Source of the DNA: a virus
Lineage: Duplodnaviria; Caudoviricetes
DNA length: 64,000 bases
IMG/VR virus record: IMGVR_UViG_3300035507_000051
Location: 1-64,000 of that record
Direction: 5' to 3' (one strand)
Shown here: piece after piece, positions 35,501 through 47,353 of the stretch
How the letters are laid out: each line of letters opens with the position of its first letter
How positions within the stretch are numbered: the first letter of the stretch is position 1
Made by a program: the position numbers and the translations under genes
The notes under the pieces: generated by a model
Seen by the model: the letters and a program-made list of their open reading frames with translations, nothing else
The model's database searches: none
What the model was told of the DNA's origin: nothing

Positions 35501-37007
35501 TTATAGAGAGGTGTCTAATAAATTTGGAGGAACTTCAGATGATGCTATTTAGCAGAATGCGTGGTTAGTAGCTGGTAATCCAGTACTATTAACTGATGAT
35601 AGTCTAAATATATTTTGGGATAGAGGAGATACTTATTTTTAGAGATATGACTGCTTGAAGACGATGCCTTATAGTGATAGTTCAGTTAATAACATTATTG
35701 AGATACTATCATTTTTTTGTGAAACTAGAATTAACATTGATGGTAGATATGATACTAATAGAGGATTACAAGACAATACTAATGTTAGTTCTACAAATTT
35801 TAATCTACTAAATGATATTTATTCTTAGAAAGACAATTACTTTGAGTATTATATAGCAGACTATGATTTAACTCAAATTAATTCTTATCCTAATTAGATT
35901 ATATGGTCTAATACAAAAGTAGCTGGAGATACAGTAGATGCTTGGACTAATATAACTTTACTAAATAGTTTAGATTTAGATGGAAGTAAAGGTACTGTCA
36001 ATGCTATAAAGAATTTTAATGGATAGCTTTATACTTTCTAGGATTCAGGCATCGCAATGCTTGGATACAATCAAAATGCTATGGTTAACTCCCAAGATGG
36101 TGTTCCAATTGAAATAGCTAACTCTGGGAAGGTCACAGGTTCAATATACATTAGTAGTAATCAGGGCTGTATTAATAAATGGACTATTACTGACATAGGT
36201 GAGGGATTGACCTTTGTAGATTCTCTAAATAGGACTTTCAATTTGTTTAATGGTAAAGCTATATAGGATCTTGGAGAAAAAGCAAATTTTAGAGCCTGGA
36301 TTAAAGCTAATTGTGGAAGTTTAGATTCTTGGAATCCTGTATGGAAAAATATTAATCCCAATACTTTAACTGTATTGCATGATAAACAGGCTGGAGAACT
36401 ATTACTAGTAAATAAAGACAATGCAGTTGCATATAGTTTAGGTCTTCTTAAATTTACTTCATTTTATAGCTATGAGGCTTGCCCTTGGTTTATCAATAGT
36501 AGAGAAACGCCCATACTTTTACAGCATTTAGATAGCAGATACTGGGGTATGTGGAAACCTAGAGCCGGAGAATATAACAAGTTCTTCAATTCTATTAAAC
36601 CTTATACTATTGAATTTATTATGAATGATGCCTCTTTATTTGATGTGTATAAAATGTTTTCTACTTTAGAAATCAGAGATACTGTATTAGCTTCTCAAGA
36701 GGATACTTATGAAACAAGTCCTAATAAAATTAGCATACAAGATGATTTTTCCTTTGATACTATTCAAACTTATAATAGTTACTAGGATTCTGGTAAGTAG
36801 AAGTTATCTTTCTTAAGAAACAAGCCTTCAAATTTAAAAGCTAAATTTAGAACTTGGAGAATTCAAATACCTAGAAATAAAAATAAAGGAGTTGGTAGAA
36901 CCAGTGATAGAATGAAAGATCACTATTTAACAGTAAAACTATCTCATGATAATCAAACTACAAAAGGAGTAAAAATTCATGATATAGTAGCATCATACTA
37001 TACTTAA
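32511..37007 (+). CDS. Muzzle/tail stabilisation protein (1498 aa)
   Basis: Five track fragments in one frame; WIDGRNPLR and KFRTWRIQIPR motifs; ATG-TAG start. Confidence 0.75.
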
Positions 37008-37011
37008 TTAT

Positions 37012-37049
37012 TAAAGGTAAGCAATATATTTGCTTACCTTTTATTTTTT
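37012..37049 (+). terminator. Intrinsic terminator
   Basis: aaaggtaagcaa/ttgcttaccttt followed by T tract. Confidence 0.8.
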
Positions 37050-37059
37050 GACTTAAAGT

Positions 37060-37093
37060 GTTGATAGTTTCGCTGATTTTTACTATCTTTGTG
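37060..37093 (+). promoter_or_regulatory. -33/-7 promoter for the cargo operon
   Basis: GTTG-N20-TATCTTTGTG. Confidence 0.7.
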
Positions 37094-37118
37094 CTTAAAT
37101 AATTAATACAGTATTAAT

Positions 37119-39416
37119 ATGAGAAAAAATGGAATAACAATTGTTAATCCTTGGAATAAAGATGCAATAAACTAGCATTATTATGGAATTACTCCAGATA
37201 ATGTAAATCAATATGATTTGGGTGGTGCTTTGCAATTGGCTTAGACTGGCACTTAGCAACTAGCAGATGGAGTCAAGGAATTAAATAATATAGGAGATAA
37301 ATCCAAATAGTTAAATAATTAGATACAAAGTTCTAATATATCAGCAACTCAAGCTTCTAGCACTGCAGATTTATTAGCAGAATACAATGCCTATAACCCT
37401 TTAGCTAAAGTTACTTGGAAAGACTTTACAAATAAAGGAGGTATTGGAAGCACATTAACAGACATGGTAGGTAATGGAGTTTAGGGAGCTATGAGTGGAA
37501 GCTCTATGGGACCAATTGGAGCAATTGGAGGTGCAGGAATAGGTTTAGCTACTGGATTATTTACTAATCTAGCAGCTAAAGCTAAAGCTAAAAGAGAAGC
37601 AAAGGCTGCTAATATAAAAATAGCAGCAGCTAATATTAACAATTAGAGTATATTAGACAATAAAGCTATAGGTTTAGACAACAGAATGCTCAGACAGGAT
37701 TTAAATAATTTTACTGGCTGGGAAGCAGCTTATGGTGGGCCTTTAAATAGAGAATTTGGATTTGGGGGAAATATGCTTACTAATGGGTCTGTTTTTTCTA
37801 CAGGATTGACTTTTATAGATACAGGAGGTACTCATGAACAAAATACTAATGGTGGAGTACCTGCGGGAGTTAATCCACAAGATGGAATCCCTAATTAGGT
37901 TGAAGAAGGTGAGGTTATTTATGATGATTATGTATTTAGTAATAGGCTAAGAGTAGCTAAAGAATTAATGGAAAAATATAAACTAAATCCAGAAAATGGG
38001 AAAAATCCAACTTATGCATAGGCTATAAGAAAATTATCTAAAGAAATTAGTGAAAGGCCTAATGACCCTATAAGTAAGAATGGATTAGAGGCTATAATTA
38101 AAGAATTTGCCTAGTATCAAGAAGAAAAAAGAGCTAAGTAGTAGCAAAAGAAACAACAGTAGCAACAACAACAATATTAGGATCAAGTATTGCTACAACA
38201 AATGCAATAGGCTTAGATGCAATAGGCATAGGAATAGTAGCAATCCCAATTTGTAAATGGTGGATTAGTTAGAAGATTTGATGATGCTGGCTCTTTAGTA
38301 GATCCTACTGAAGGCATCATATATACTCCTGATGAAGGCAATTTACCTGAATTAACCGTGGTTTATACAAGACCCAACACACCTGCTCCAGTGCAAATTT
38401 CTGATAGAGGTCCAATAAATCCGGATACTCCATCTTAGCCTATAGATACTTTTCTAAATTATATTGAGCCATAGACTCCAATTACACCTCTAGTACCTGC
38501 TTCTCCAACTATAGATCCAAAAGCAAATGCTTTAGAAGTAATAGCAGAAAGAAAAAGTAATCTAGCAGCAGGAAAATAGTATTTTGTTTCAAAGAGAAAT
38601 CCCTATAAGGTTCTTACATCTCCTGTAGAATTAGCAACAAAAACTACTACACCAGAAAAGAAGGGAAAAACTTATTAGGATTTTCTTAGATTTGCTCCTG
38701 TAGTTAGTCAAGCGATTTAGGGATTAACAGATGCTTTTGGTTTTACCAATAGGCCTACTTTTAATTTAGGAAAAAGAATACTAGCTGCTAATAATGCAAT
38801 AAGAGATGTAGGTACAGAAGCTGTAGGCACTAAACTGGGATATAGGCCTGTAGATTAGTGGGCTGCTATTAATAATTTAAACGCGCAAGCTGCTGCACAA
38901 AGGGCTCTTATAAGAAACTCGAATAATAGAGTTGGGGCTGCAGGATCCTTATTAGCTGCTGCATACAATTAGAATAAAACTTTAGGAGAACTATATGCTA
39001 ATATGGAGAATGCTAATTGGAGTAGATTAGCTAGTGTAGCTTAGCATAATACAGGAATAGATCAGTCTAATAGACAGGCATTTGATCAAGCTGCTCAATT
39101 CAATGCAAATTAGGGAGTAAGAAGGGCTGCTAATATGATTACTGCTGCTTAGGCGGATGATGCTGAAGAAACTGCAGCTTATCAAGCAATAGCTAATAAT
39201 AGAACTAATTTAGCTAATACTTTAGGAGCTATAGGTAAAGAAAGACTTGAAAGAGGTATGCTAAAAGCTCTAATTAAATCTGGATATGCAGGAACTCCTA
39301 ACCAGGCTTTAATAGCTGCATTAGCTAGATATGGTATTAATGTAGGATAGCTTACTACTGGAGCTAAAAATGGTGGTAAACTTAATAGAAAAAAGAAAAA
39401 AGGATTGACTTATTGA
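37119..39416 (+). CDS. Cargo/ejection protein (765 aa)
   Basis: Gly-zipper hydrophobic segment; GGTHEQN..GGV..VEEGEV..YVFSNRL motif; poly-Q linker. Confidence 0.7.
38139..38249 (+). repeat. Poly-Gln tract of mixed CAA/CAG/TAG codons
   Basis: 10 TAG among 37 codons, interleaved with CAA/CAG. Confidence 0.85.
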
Positions 39417-39417
39417 T

Positions 39418-41271
39418 ATGGCAAGGATTATACAAAATAATGCACAGTTTAATCCATTCAGTTTTGATGAAATGCTTAAACCAGTAGCTTTATATGGAGA
39501 AGCATACAGAAGTCAAGAAGATGCTTTAGCTGAACTAGAAAATAAATCAGCTGTATGGGATGGATTATTAGATAAAATTAAAGATGCTAAAACTTACAAA
39601 AAAGTAAAGAAATATATAGATGGTATAAAAGCAGCATCAAGTGATTTATCTACAAATGGTTTATCTGTAGGTACTAGAAAAGCCCTACTAAATTTAAAAT
39701 CTTAGTATGGTTAGGAGATTGCTCCTATTGATGTCCTATATAAGAAAAGAGCTGAAATTGAATCTGACCAAAGAAAGATGGAAGCTGCAAATCCAACTAT
39801 AAGATTCAGAAGAAAAGCTGCAGAAACTAGTTTAGACGATATGTACAATAATCCTACATTAGATTTTGGTGCTAATTTTTCTGGACAAATGCTGCAGGAT
39901 GATGTGTATAAAGCAGTAGCTTCTATCAAAACTGCAATGCTTAGAGGAGATAAATTGCAGAGTATTGGATTACCTTTTTAGTATCAATAGAGGTTAGATA
40001 AAGGAGCTACTCCAGATGAAGTATTTACTGCAATGTTCCAATAGGCCTAGCAAGGAGATCCTAGCACAGTGAAATTTCTACGTTCTATAGTGTAGAATGA
40101 GGTAGCTTCTTCTGGAGTACTAGACTGGAATGATCCTAGTGCAGTTAATTATGCATATACTTGGGCTAATAAAGGTCTTATGGGTGCTATAGGTGAATCT
40201 GAAATGAAATACTTTACTGATCAATACAGTATGCAAGAAGCTTTAGCACAGAATGAGTGGAATAAAAAATAGCAAGAAGCTAATGCTGAAGCACAAAGAC
40301 TGAATGGTAATATACCTCTTAATTTTGATGATTTAGTTTCACCATTAGAGGGAGAAAGAGTGCCTGTAGAAATACGAGATTATGAAAATCTACAAAAATT
40401 AGGATATGGTTATGATCCATCTAAGAATAAAAAAGCTGGCTATGTAAGAATAGATGTGGGACCAGCATCAAGAAACAGAGATGCTGCTGGTGGTGACTAC
40501 AGAAATCAAAGTATAGATGTTAACTTTTTCTCTAAGGATGGTTTACTTCTATCTAAAAAAAGCGTAATGAGTTAGACTAAAAATACTTAGTATAAGGAGG
40601 CTATTGCTAGAAAATATGATGAGTTTAAGAAGTGGACTGAAAAACACATTACTCCAGTTAATGGCCATTATCCTATGTCTGCTTATAAAAAGTATTACGA
40701 TGGTCTATATGCTAATAAAGTAGAAGGAAGTAAAATGCTTTCTATGGTACAATTAAGATTAGATAAAGATACAATAACAAATATAATTCTGAGTAATGCT
40801 CAAAAGACTGTAAATGGAGGCATTACAGGAATAATGGAAGTAAAAGATTGGAATTCTGATGGATCTATGGAAACAAAAGGTCGCGTTAAATTAAAAACTT
40901 TGCAAAATGAACTTTCAAAAGAAGATGTTCAACCTTTGCTATATGTCCCAGGAACTGCAGCTACTAGAGGAGTAATTGTAAAGCTAGGTAAAAAGACATA
41001 TTTAATTCCACAAAATGTACTAGGAAGTATTGGAGCTGAAGCTTTTAATATTGATGTTCCCATGCTACAAACTGCATATCAAACTAAGCAAGATTTAATT
41101 AGTAGGTATGGCGAAGATGCTTATTATAAATCTCCTGAAGGACAAAAGCTAGAAGCCACCATTGATTAGGCGGGAGCTGCTTATGTAAGATCTATTACAA
41201 ATGCACTAGCTTTTGAATATAAATTAAATCCTTATCAATTAAATACAACAACTGAAAATTCTTTATAGTAA
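39418..41271 (+). CDS. Cargo/ejection protein (617 aa)
   Basis: Fragments in frame 1; FNPFSFDEMLKP N-terminus. Confidence 0.65.
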
Positions 41272-44200
41272 TGGCAACTAAAAAAGATATAACTCAGACT
41301 GGACCTAAAGCCCTTAGAGGTATCAGGAATCCAGACCTATATAATCAACAAAGTTTAGGATTGTCCCAAGAACAACTAGACAATCTTCAAAATTTAAATT
41401 ATAGAGCTACTAATAGAAATTTTGAAGTTACACATGGCCATGTTGGATATACAGGTCTTAATAAACCTACTTTCTATGCTCCAGGGATTAACAAGGATGT
41501 AGATTATGGAAGCTCGTCTTATGATAAAGATATTTTAATTAATCCAACTTAGTAGGATGTGCAAGATTATAGGTTTTCAGAACAATCTGGATTAACTCAA
41601 GCTCTTAATGGTGTCTTAAAAGGAACTTTACTTGCAGGTACTACTTTTGTAAATGGTACTGTAGGGTTAGGTATAGGATTAATGCAAGGAATTGCTAATA
41701 CTATAGATGGTGATAAAACTACGTCTTTTTGGCAAGGTTTGTGGAATAATCCTATAAATGCTCTTATGACTGAAGTAAATAATAAAGCAGAAGAGGTACT
41801 TCCTAATTATAGAAGCACAGCATAGAGTGAAGGTCCTTGGTGGGCATGGGATAATTTAACTTCAGCAAATTTCATATTTGATTCATTTGTTAAAAATATG
41901 GGATTTACTATAGGTGCAGTGTATAGTGGAGGTATCTATACTAAAGCTATTGACGCTGTAGCTAAATTGATAGGTACTGGTAGGATGGGTGCAGCTACTG
42001 CAGAAACTATAGCAGCTGGAGAAAAAGCTATGGAATCTGCTAGAGCAACTAAAGCTGCTAAAGCCACACTAGGTGCTTTATTAAGTGCCCATGCAGAAGC
42101 TACTACAGAAGCATACAACACCTACACAGATGGTCTAAAATTAGAGGATTAGAAAATTCAAAATAGATTTAATGAAGATTATAGAAAAATTGTTCATGAA
42201 TTTGAATAGGCTGGTGGTAAATTTGATTAGAATGGGTATCCAGATCCTAATTCAAATCCTGAAGCTTTTCAAAGAATGCAACAGCAAACTTCATTGGTCA
42301 ATACTAGAGTACAACTAGCTAGAGAAGAAGCTGATTCTAGAATGAGATAGGCTGCCACTATGGATGGTATTTTAAATATCCCTATTCTATGGGTAGATAA
42401 TTTATTCATGATGGGTAAATATTATGCTGGAGGATGGAAAGCTGCTAGAAATGCTAATAAGACTGTAACTAGAGCAACTAAAGAAGCTATGAAAGATGCT
42501 AAAGCTGCAGCTGCTGCTGGTGATATGTCTAAATTAGAAAAACTAAATGAAATTGTAGCTAAAGCAGAAAAAACAGCATATAAAGGACTAACTGCAGAAG
42601 AGAGAGCTCTAGTAGAAGAAGTTCATCCTAGAATGTTAGGTAAAGTGGGAGGAGCTACTAAAAAAGCTCTTACTCCATTTGTTAGAGAAGGTAATGAAGA
42701 AATGTCTTAGGGTGCTGCTTCTCAGGCTAGTATTTACCGCTATGGATTAACAGATGATTAGATTGACAGAATATTTGATGGTAGATAGGATCCTGATGCA
42801 TAGTTAGAAGTAAAGGGGTTGCTAGAGTCATTGGTTTATGGTATTGGTGAATTTTATGGAGATCCATAGAATTGGCAAGAGGGTTTCATAGGAGGTTTAA
42901 CTGGTCTATTAGGTGTACCTACTTTTGGTAAAAGAGCTAATTCTACAGACCAAACTTACTTAGGTAGAAGTAAATGGATTGGTCTAACTGGAGGTGCTGT
43001 ATCTGAAGTTAAAAATTATTTAAAAGAAAGATCAGAACAAGATGCTGATGCTGTTAGAGCTACAGAGGTTCTTAGAAAAGGAAATCTAACTGAAGATCTT
43101 AAGCATTTAGTAGCTCAAACTAAATTTACTAAAGATTAGGAATTTGCTGTTATCCATGATGATGAAAAGGAGTATAAGGATGCTAGAACTGCTGCTATTT
43201 TTGAATAGATAGCCTATTTAAGAAAAGTAGGAAGAATGGATCTTTTAGAATCTCTCATGAATCAAATGGAAGGATTTACTGAAGAAGATGCTTAGACTAT
43301 TTTAGATTTAGCTACTAAAGAAGTTTCTGTAACTGCACCTAATATTCAAGAAAAAGTAAACTAGAAAAAACAGTTAGAATAGGAATTAGAGTAGCTTTTA
43401 CAATAGAAAGCTGAAGTAGATAGCTATGGAGCCACTTAGAGAGAATAGCTCCTAATTAATGCGTAGGATGCAGCTAATGAAGATTTAGGAAGTCCTGAAG
43501 ATAATCGTATGGCTTTTGAAATGCTTAGGTAGTTTAATCAGGCAATTAAACAAAAGCAGGACTAGATTGATATTTTAGATTCTGAAATAAGAGAAGCTAA
43601 GGCCACTACAATATCTCCATATGTGCATTGGGAAGATGGATCAATGTTTTCTAATGAAGAAATTTTACAAGACTTAAATAAAAGAGTTAAAAATGTAAAG
43701 AAGATTATTGATACTATAAATTTAGCTCAAGACTAGATTGATGAAGCTACTTCAGAAGTATTAACAGATGAACAACTAAATACTCTTACTTGGTATCATG
43801 TAATGATGAATGATTGGGTTGAAAGATCTGAAGGTATTACTACATAGTGGTAGTCATTAATTTAGAAAATAGTTGATGATCCCCAATTAAAAGCTATACT
43901 TGATGCTGCAGAAGCTGTAGAAGATATACTTAAAGAATCTGGATTAGATTTCAATAGTAATGAGATAAAGTTAGGAGGCAGATTTGATGCTAGTTTAACT
44001 TAGGCTAAACAATATAAAAAACTACTGGACAATTTAATACAGGCTTTAAATACTGGAGGTATGACAGTAGCTTATCTTTTGACTAGTGAAGATAAGGTTA
44101 AAGGTACTGATTTAAAAGCAGGTGAATTAATTATGAAGCAATTATAGGCTGTATTAAATACAAATGAATCTATAACTGCAGATGTAAAAGAGAATTTTAA

Positions 44201-47200
44201 TAAAGCCCTACTCGACTTACAAGCAATGGGTAAAAGCCATAGAAGGTATAATGAATTGCTTGATGAGTATCTTAAAAATCCAGAAAAAATTGATGAAGCT
44301 CATGCTGCCAGTACTAAAAAAGCTGAAGAGCAAGCAACTAATAAGAAAAGAGCGGGCATACTACAAAATATAAATTGGGAACAGCCTATTGGTAAAATAG
44401 CTAAATAGCTAGCAGAAAATGCAAATTCTATTCAAGATGCTGGAGGGTTTGACGAGCTTATTAAGGAACTATCTCCTGAAGAGTAGGCTATTGCTGAACA
44501 AGTACAAAAAGCTTTAATGACTTTAGATGCTGTAAATGACCTTATAGATAAATCTTAGCTTACCTAGGAACACGCCAATATTCTAAGAAAACTATTGGAT
44601 AGGTCAATAGAGGATCTTGAAGATCCAGAAAATTTGCTAGTAGATTTGCTAGAGCGCTTGAATGATGGTGGAGTCGATGATATAATAGATGACACAGTTC
44701 CTGAAGATGCTGGCATGGATGAAGCTCAGATGATAAAAGATGCTGCAATTTTGGCTATAAATGACTTCTTAGAAGATAACCTAGATGAAATAGTATCTGC
44801 TGTAGATGAGGCAGAAAAAGCTGAATAGAGAAGACAAGAAGAAGAAGAAAAAAGAATGCAAGAAGAAGCAGAAGCATTAGAGAATAAAGAAAAGAGTGAA
44901 AATGAGGATTTGGAGGAACCTGAAGAAAAAGATCCTGCAGATATAGATGATACTATACCTGAAGATGAATCTGAAGATGAGCTTTCTGATCCAATTGAAG
45001 ACACTACCTAGGAAATTAAAATTAGAAATAGGTAGGACACTGGACCACAACAAGGCTAGAATTGGGCTAAAGATAGTAGAAGAAGACAAATAAGTTAGTA
45101 CTATTTACATGGAGAAGATAAGCAAGAGCTTCCTGATTATTATGAATAGCATCCAGAATACATACCTAAAGGAGTAGATAAAGAAGCTTTTTTAAAGTAT
45201 GTAAAGGCCGTTCATAAATACCTTACTAATAAAGGGGCATATACTTATATTAGTGGAGTAAATTCAGAATATGCACTTAAAGTAGGAGATGATATTGAAT
45301 TTATTACAGATAAAGAGTTAAATGCAGAGGCTGGAGTTACTGTAATTCTAATGTAGGTTACTAATAAAGACGAGTAGAAGCAAATTATTGGCTCTTTAGC
45401 TACTTCTTTAGATTTTCAAACTCAAGACAGGGAAAATGGTAAGACGTTAGCAGAAAAATTTCCAGGAGATAAAGCTTTATATGATGCTCTCGTTAGAGAA
45501 TTACTAGATAAAGAAAGTGGAACTGCATCTACTATAACTACTAAAGTAGAAGCACTAAAAGGCGGGTATCCTTCTTTTAGTAAAAATAATAATTCTGTAG
45601 CTTCTGTATTTGGAGATAACCCAATACCAATAGCAATAGTAAAAAAGACCTCTGTAGCTAAATCATCAAATGTTCATGATGATGCTTGGCAATTAGTAGG
45701 CAGTAAACCAGGGCAAGTTTATGTTTATATAGAATCTAATAATGGCATACAAGTTCCTTTATTATGTACCAGCACTGCTTTGAGAGATTTAAGTGAGGAT
45801 GATTGGTACATATAGCAAACCTTAAATGCAGTATTAGCTCTTAAAGATACTGCGCAGTTAGGTAGATTAAAAATGAACTTATTAAAATGGTTGCCATTTT
45901 TAAAAAATTTACACATCAATATAATTCCAAAAGAAAATAATGTTAAATAGATATTATTTTCTTGGGGCAGTAATGCTGAAGGTAAAAACACTAATTAGTA
46001 TAGTATCACTTTAGAAGATGATGGTTCAATTCCTGAATATAAAGCTTTATACTTTATTAAATTTTTAGCTAGAACTAAAATTGAAACTTCTAAAAAAGAT
46101 AGAGGTGGAAATCCTGTTCAAATGTATCCAACTACTAGTGTAGATAGGCTCCGTCTTGATGATGCTGAATATGTAAAAAATATTTCTAGATATATTAAAG
46201 TAAATATTACTGAAAACACTCCCCATACTATTAATGACTGGTTTACATATGAAGCTACATCATATTAGACAGATAATCAGGCTCATAATAATCCAAATCC
46301 AGTAGTTCCTACAAATGGAGCTAGAAGAGCTAATCATAAAGTAGATACTCCAGATGGAGAAGTAGAAGTATCTCCTGCAGGTACTGTAAATGATAGTGAA
46401 GGTAAACCTTTAGATGAAGACAAAGAAGCTGCTGCTAGAGAATTCATTAATGACGATTCTACTGAAGTACCAGAAGATTTAGATAATGATGATGATAATG
46501 ATGCAGAATTAAGTCCTATAGCTACTAAAAGAAGAACTAAAGGTAGTCTCAACTTAGTAAATATCTTTAGAAGAAGTAGAACTAATAGAACTGGTAAACA
46601 TCTACTAACAACTGATACCTAGGATAATGTAACTGATGAAGAAACTTTAGCTAGTGATGAAGAAAAACTTAGAAAGATGTTTCCTAAATTGGCTGAATAG
46701 GGAAGGATAGTATTAGTGGATGGGCTTATTTCTATAATTGATAATGCAGGAAATCCTAAATAGGCTTATGGTTTATTTAGAAATGGAGTTTTATATATAA
46801 GTAAACAAAGCCCTGCAGGAACTGCCTATCATGAGGCTTTTCACTATGTAATAGATACTTTGTTAAAACAAACAGAAAAAGCTATTTTGTTTAAAGAAGC
46901 TACTGAATTGTTTGGCAATCTAGAAGAACTAGAGTTAGAGGAAAAATTAGCAGAGTCATTCAGAGAATTTATGAATGGTATGCAAGATCCTTCTATTAAA
47001 GGTAGATTAAAATCAATTTGGTAGAATTTAAAACATATAGTTAAATCAATTACTGGTAGAGAATCTTATATGGATAATCTATTTTGGCAAATGTATAGAA
47101 ATAAAATAGGTAAAAGGCAAGAAACTCAAGATAATCAAAATACTTATAAAGAAGAATTACTAAAATATAAGCAAGAAAAGCTTAAATATGATAATTTAGA

Positions 47201-47300
47201 TTAGGAAACTCAATAGTATATTCAAAAAAGGGGTTTCTCAAAAGTCAATTTTGATGACTTAAGTATAGAACAAAAGGAAAACGTACTTTAGTGTATGTGA
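41271..47300 (+). CDS. Giant ejected-type protein (2009 aa) with hydrophobic segments and C-terminal zincin peptidase
   Basis: Fragments in one frame; HEAFH at 46830-46844 plus EEKLAE. Confidence 0.75.
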
Positions 47301-47306
47301 GTAGAC

Positions 47307-47349
47307 AAAAAAAAATAAAGGGTAGTACAGTTAATGTACTACCCTTTTG
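47307..47349. terminator. Bidirectional terminator between convergent genes
   Basis: A-tract, aaagggtagtaca/tgtactacccttt, T-tract. Confidence 0.85.
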
Positions 47350-47353
47350 TTGT

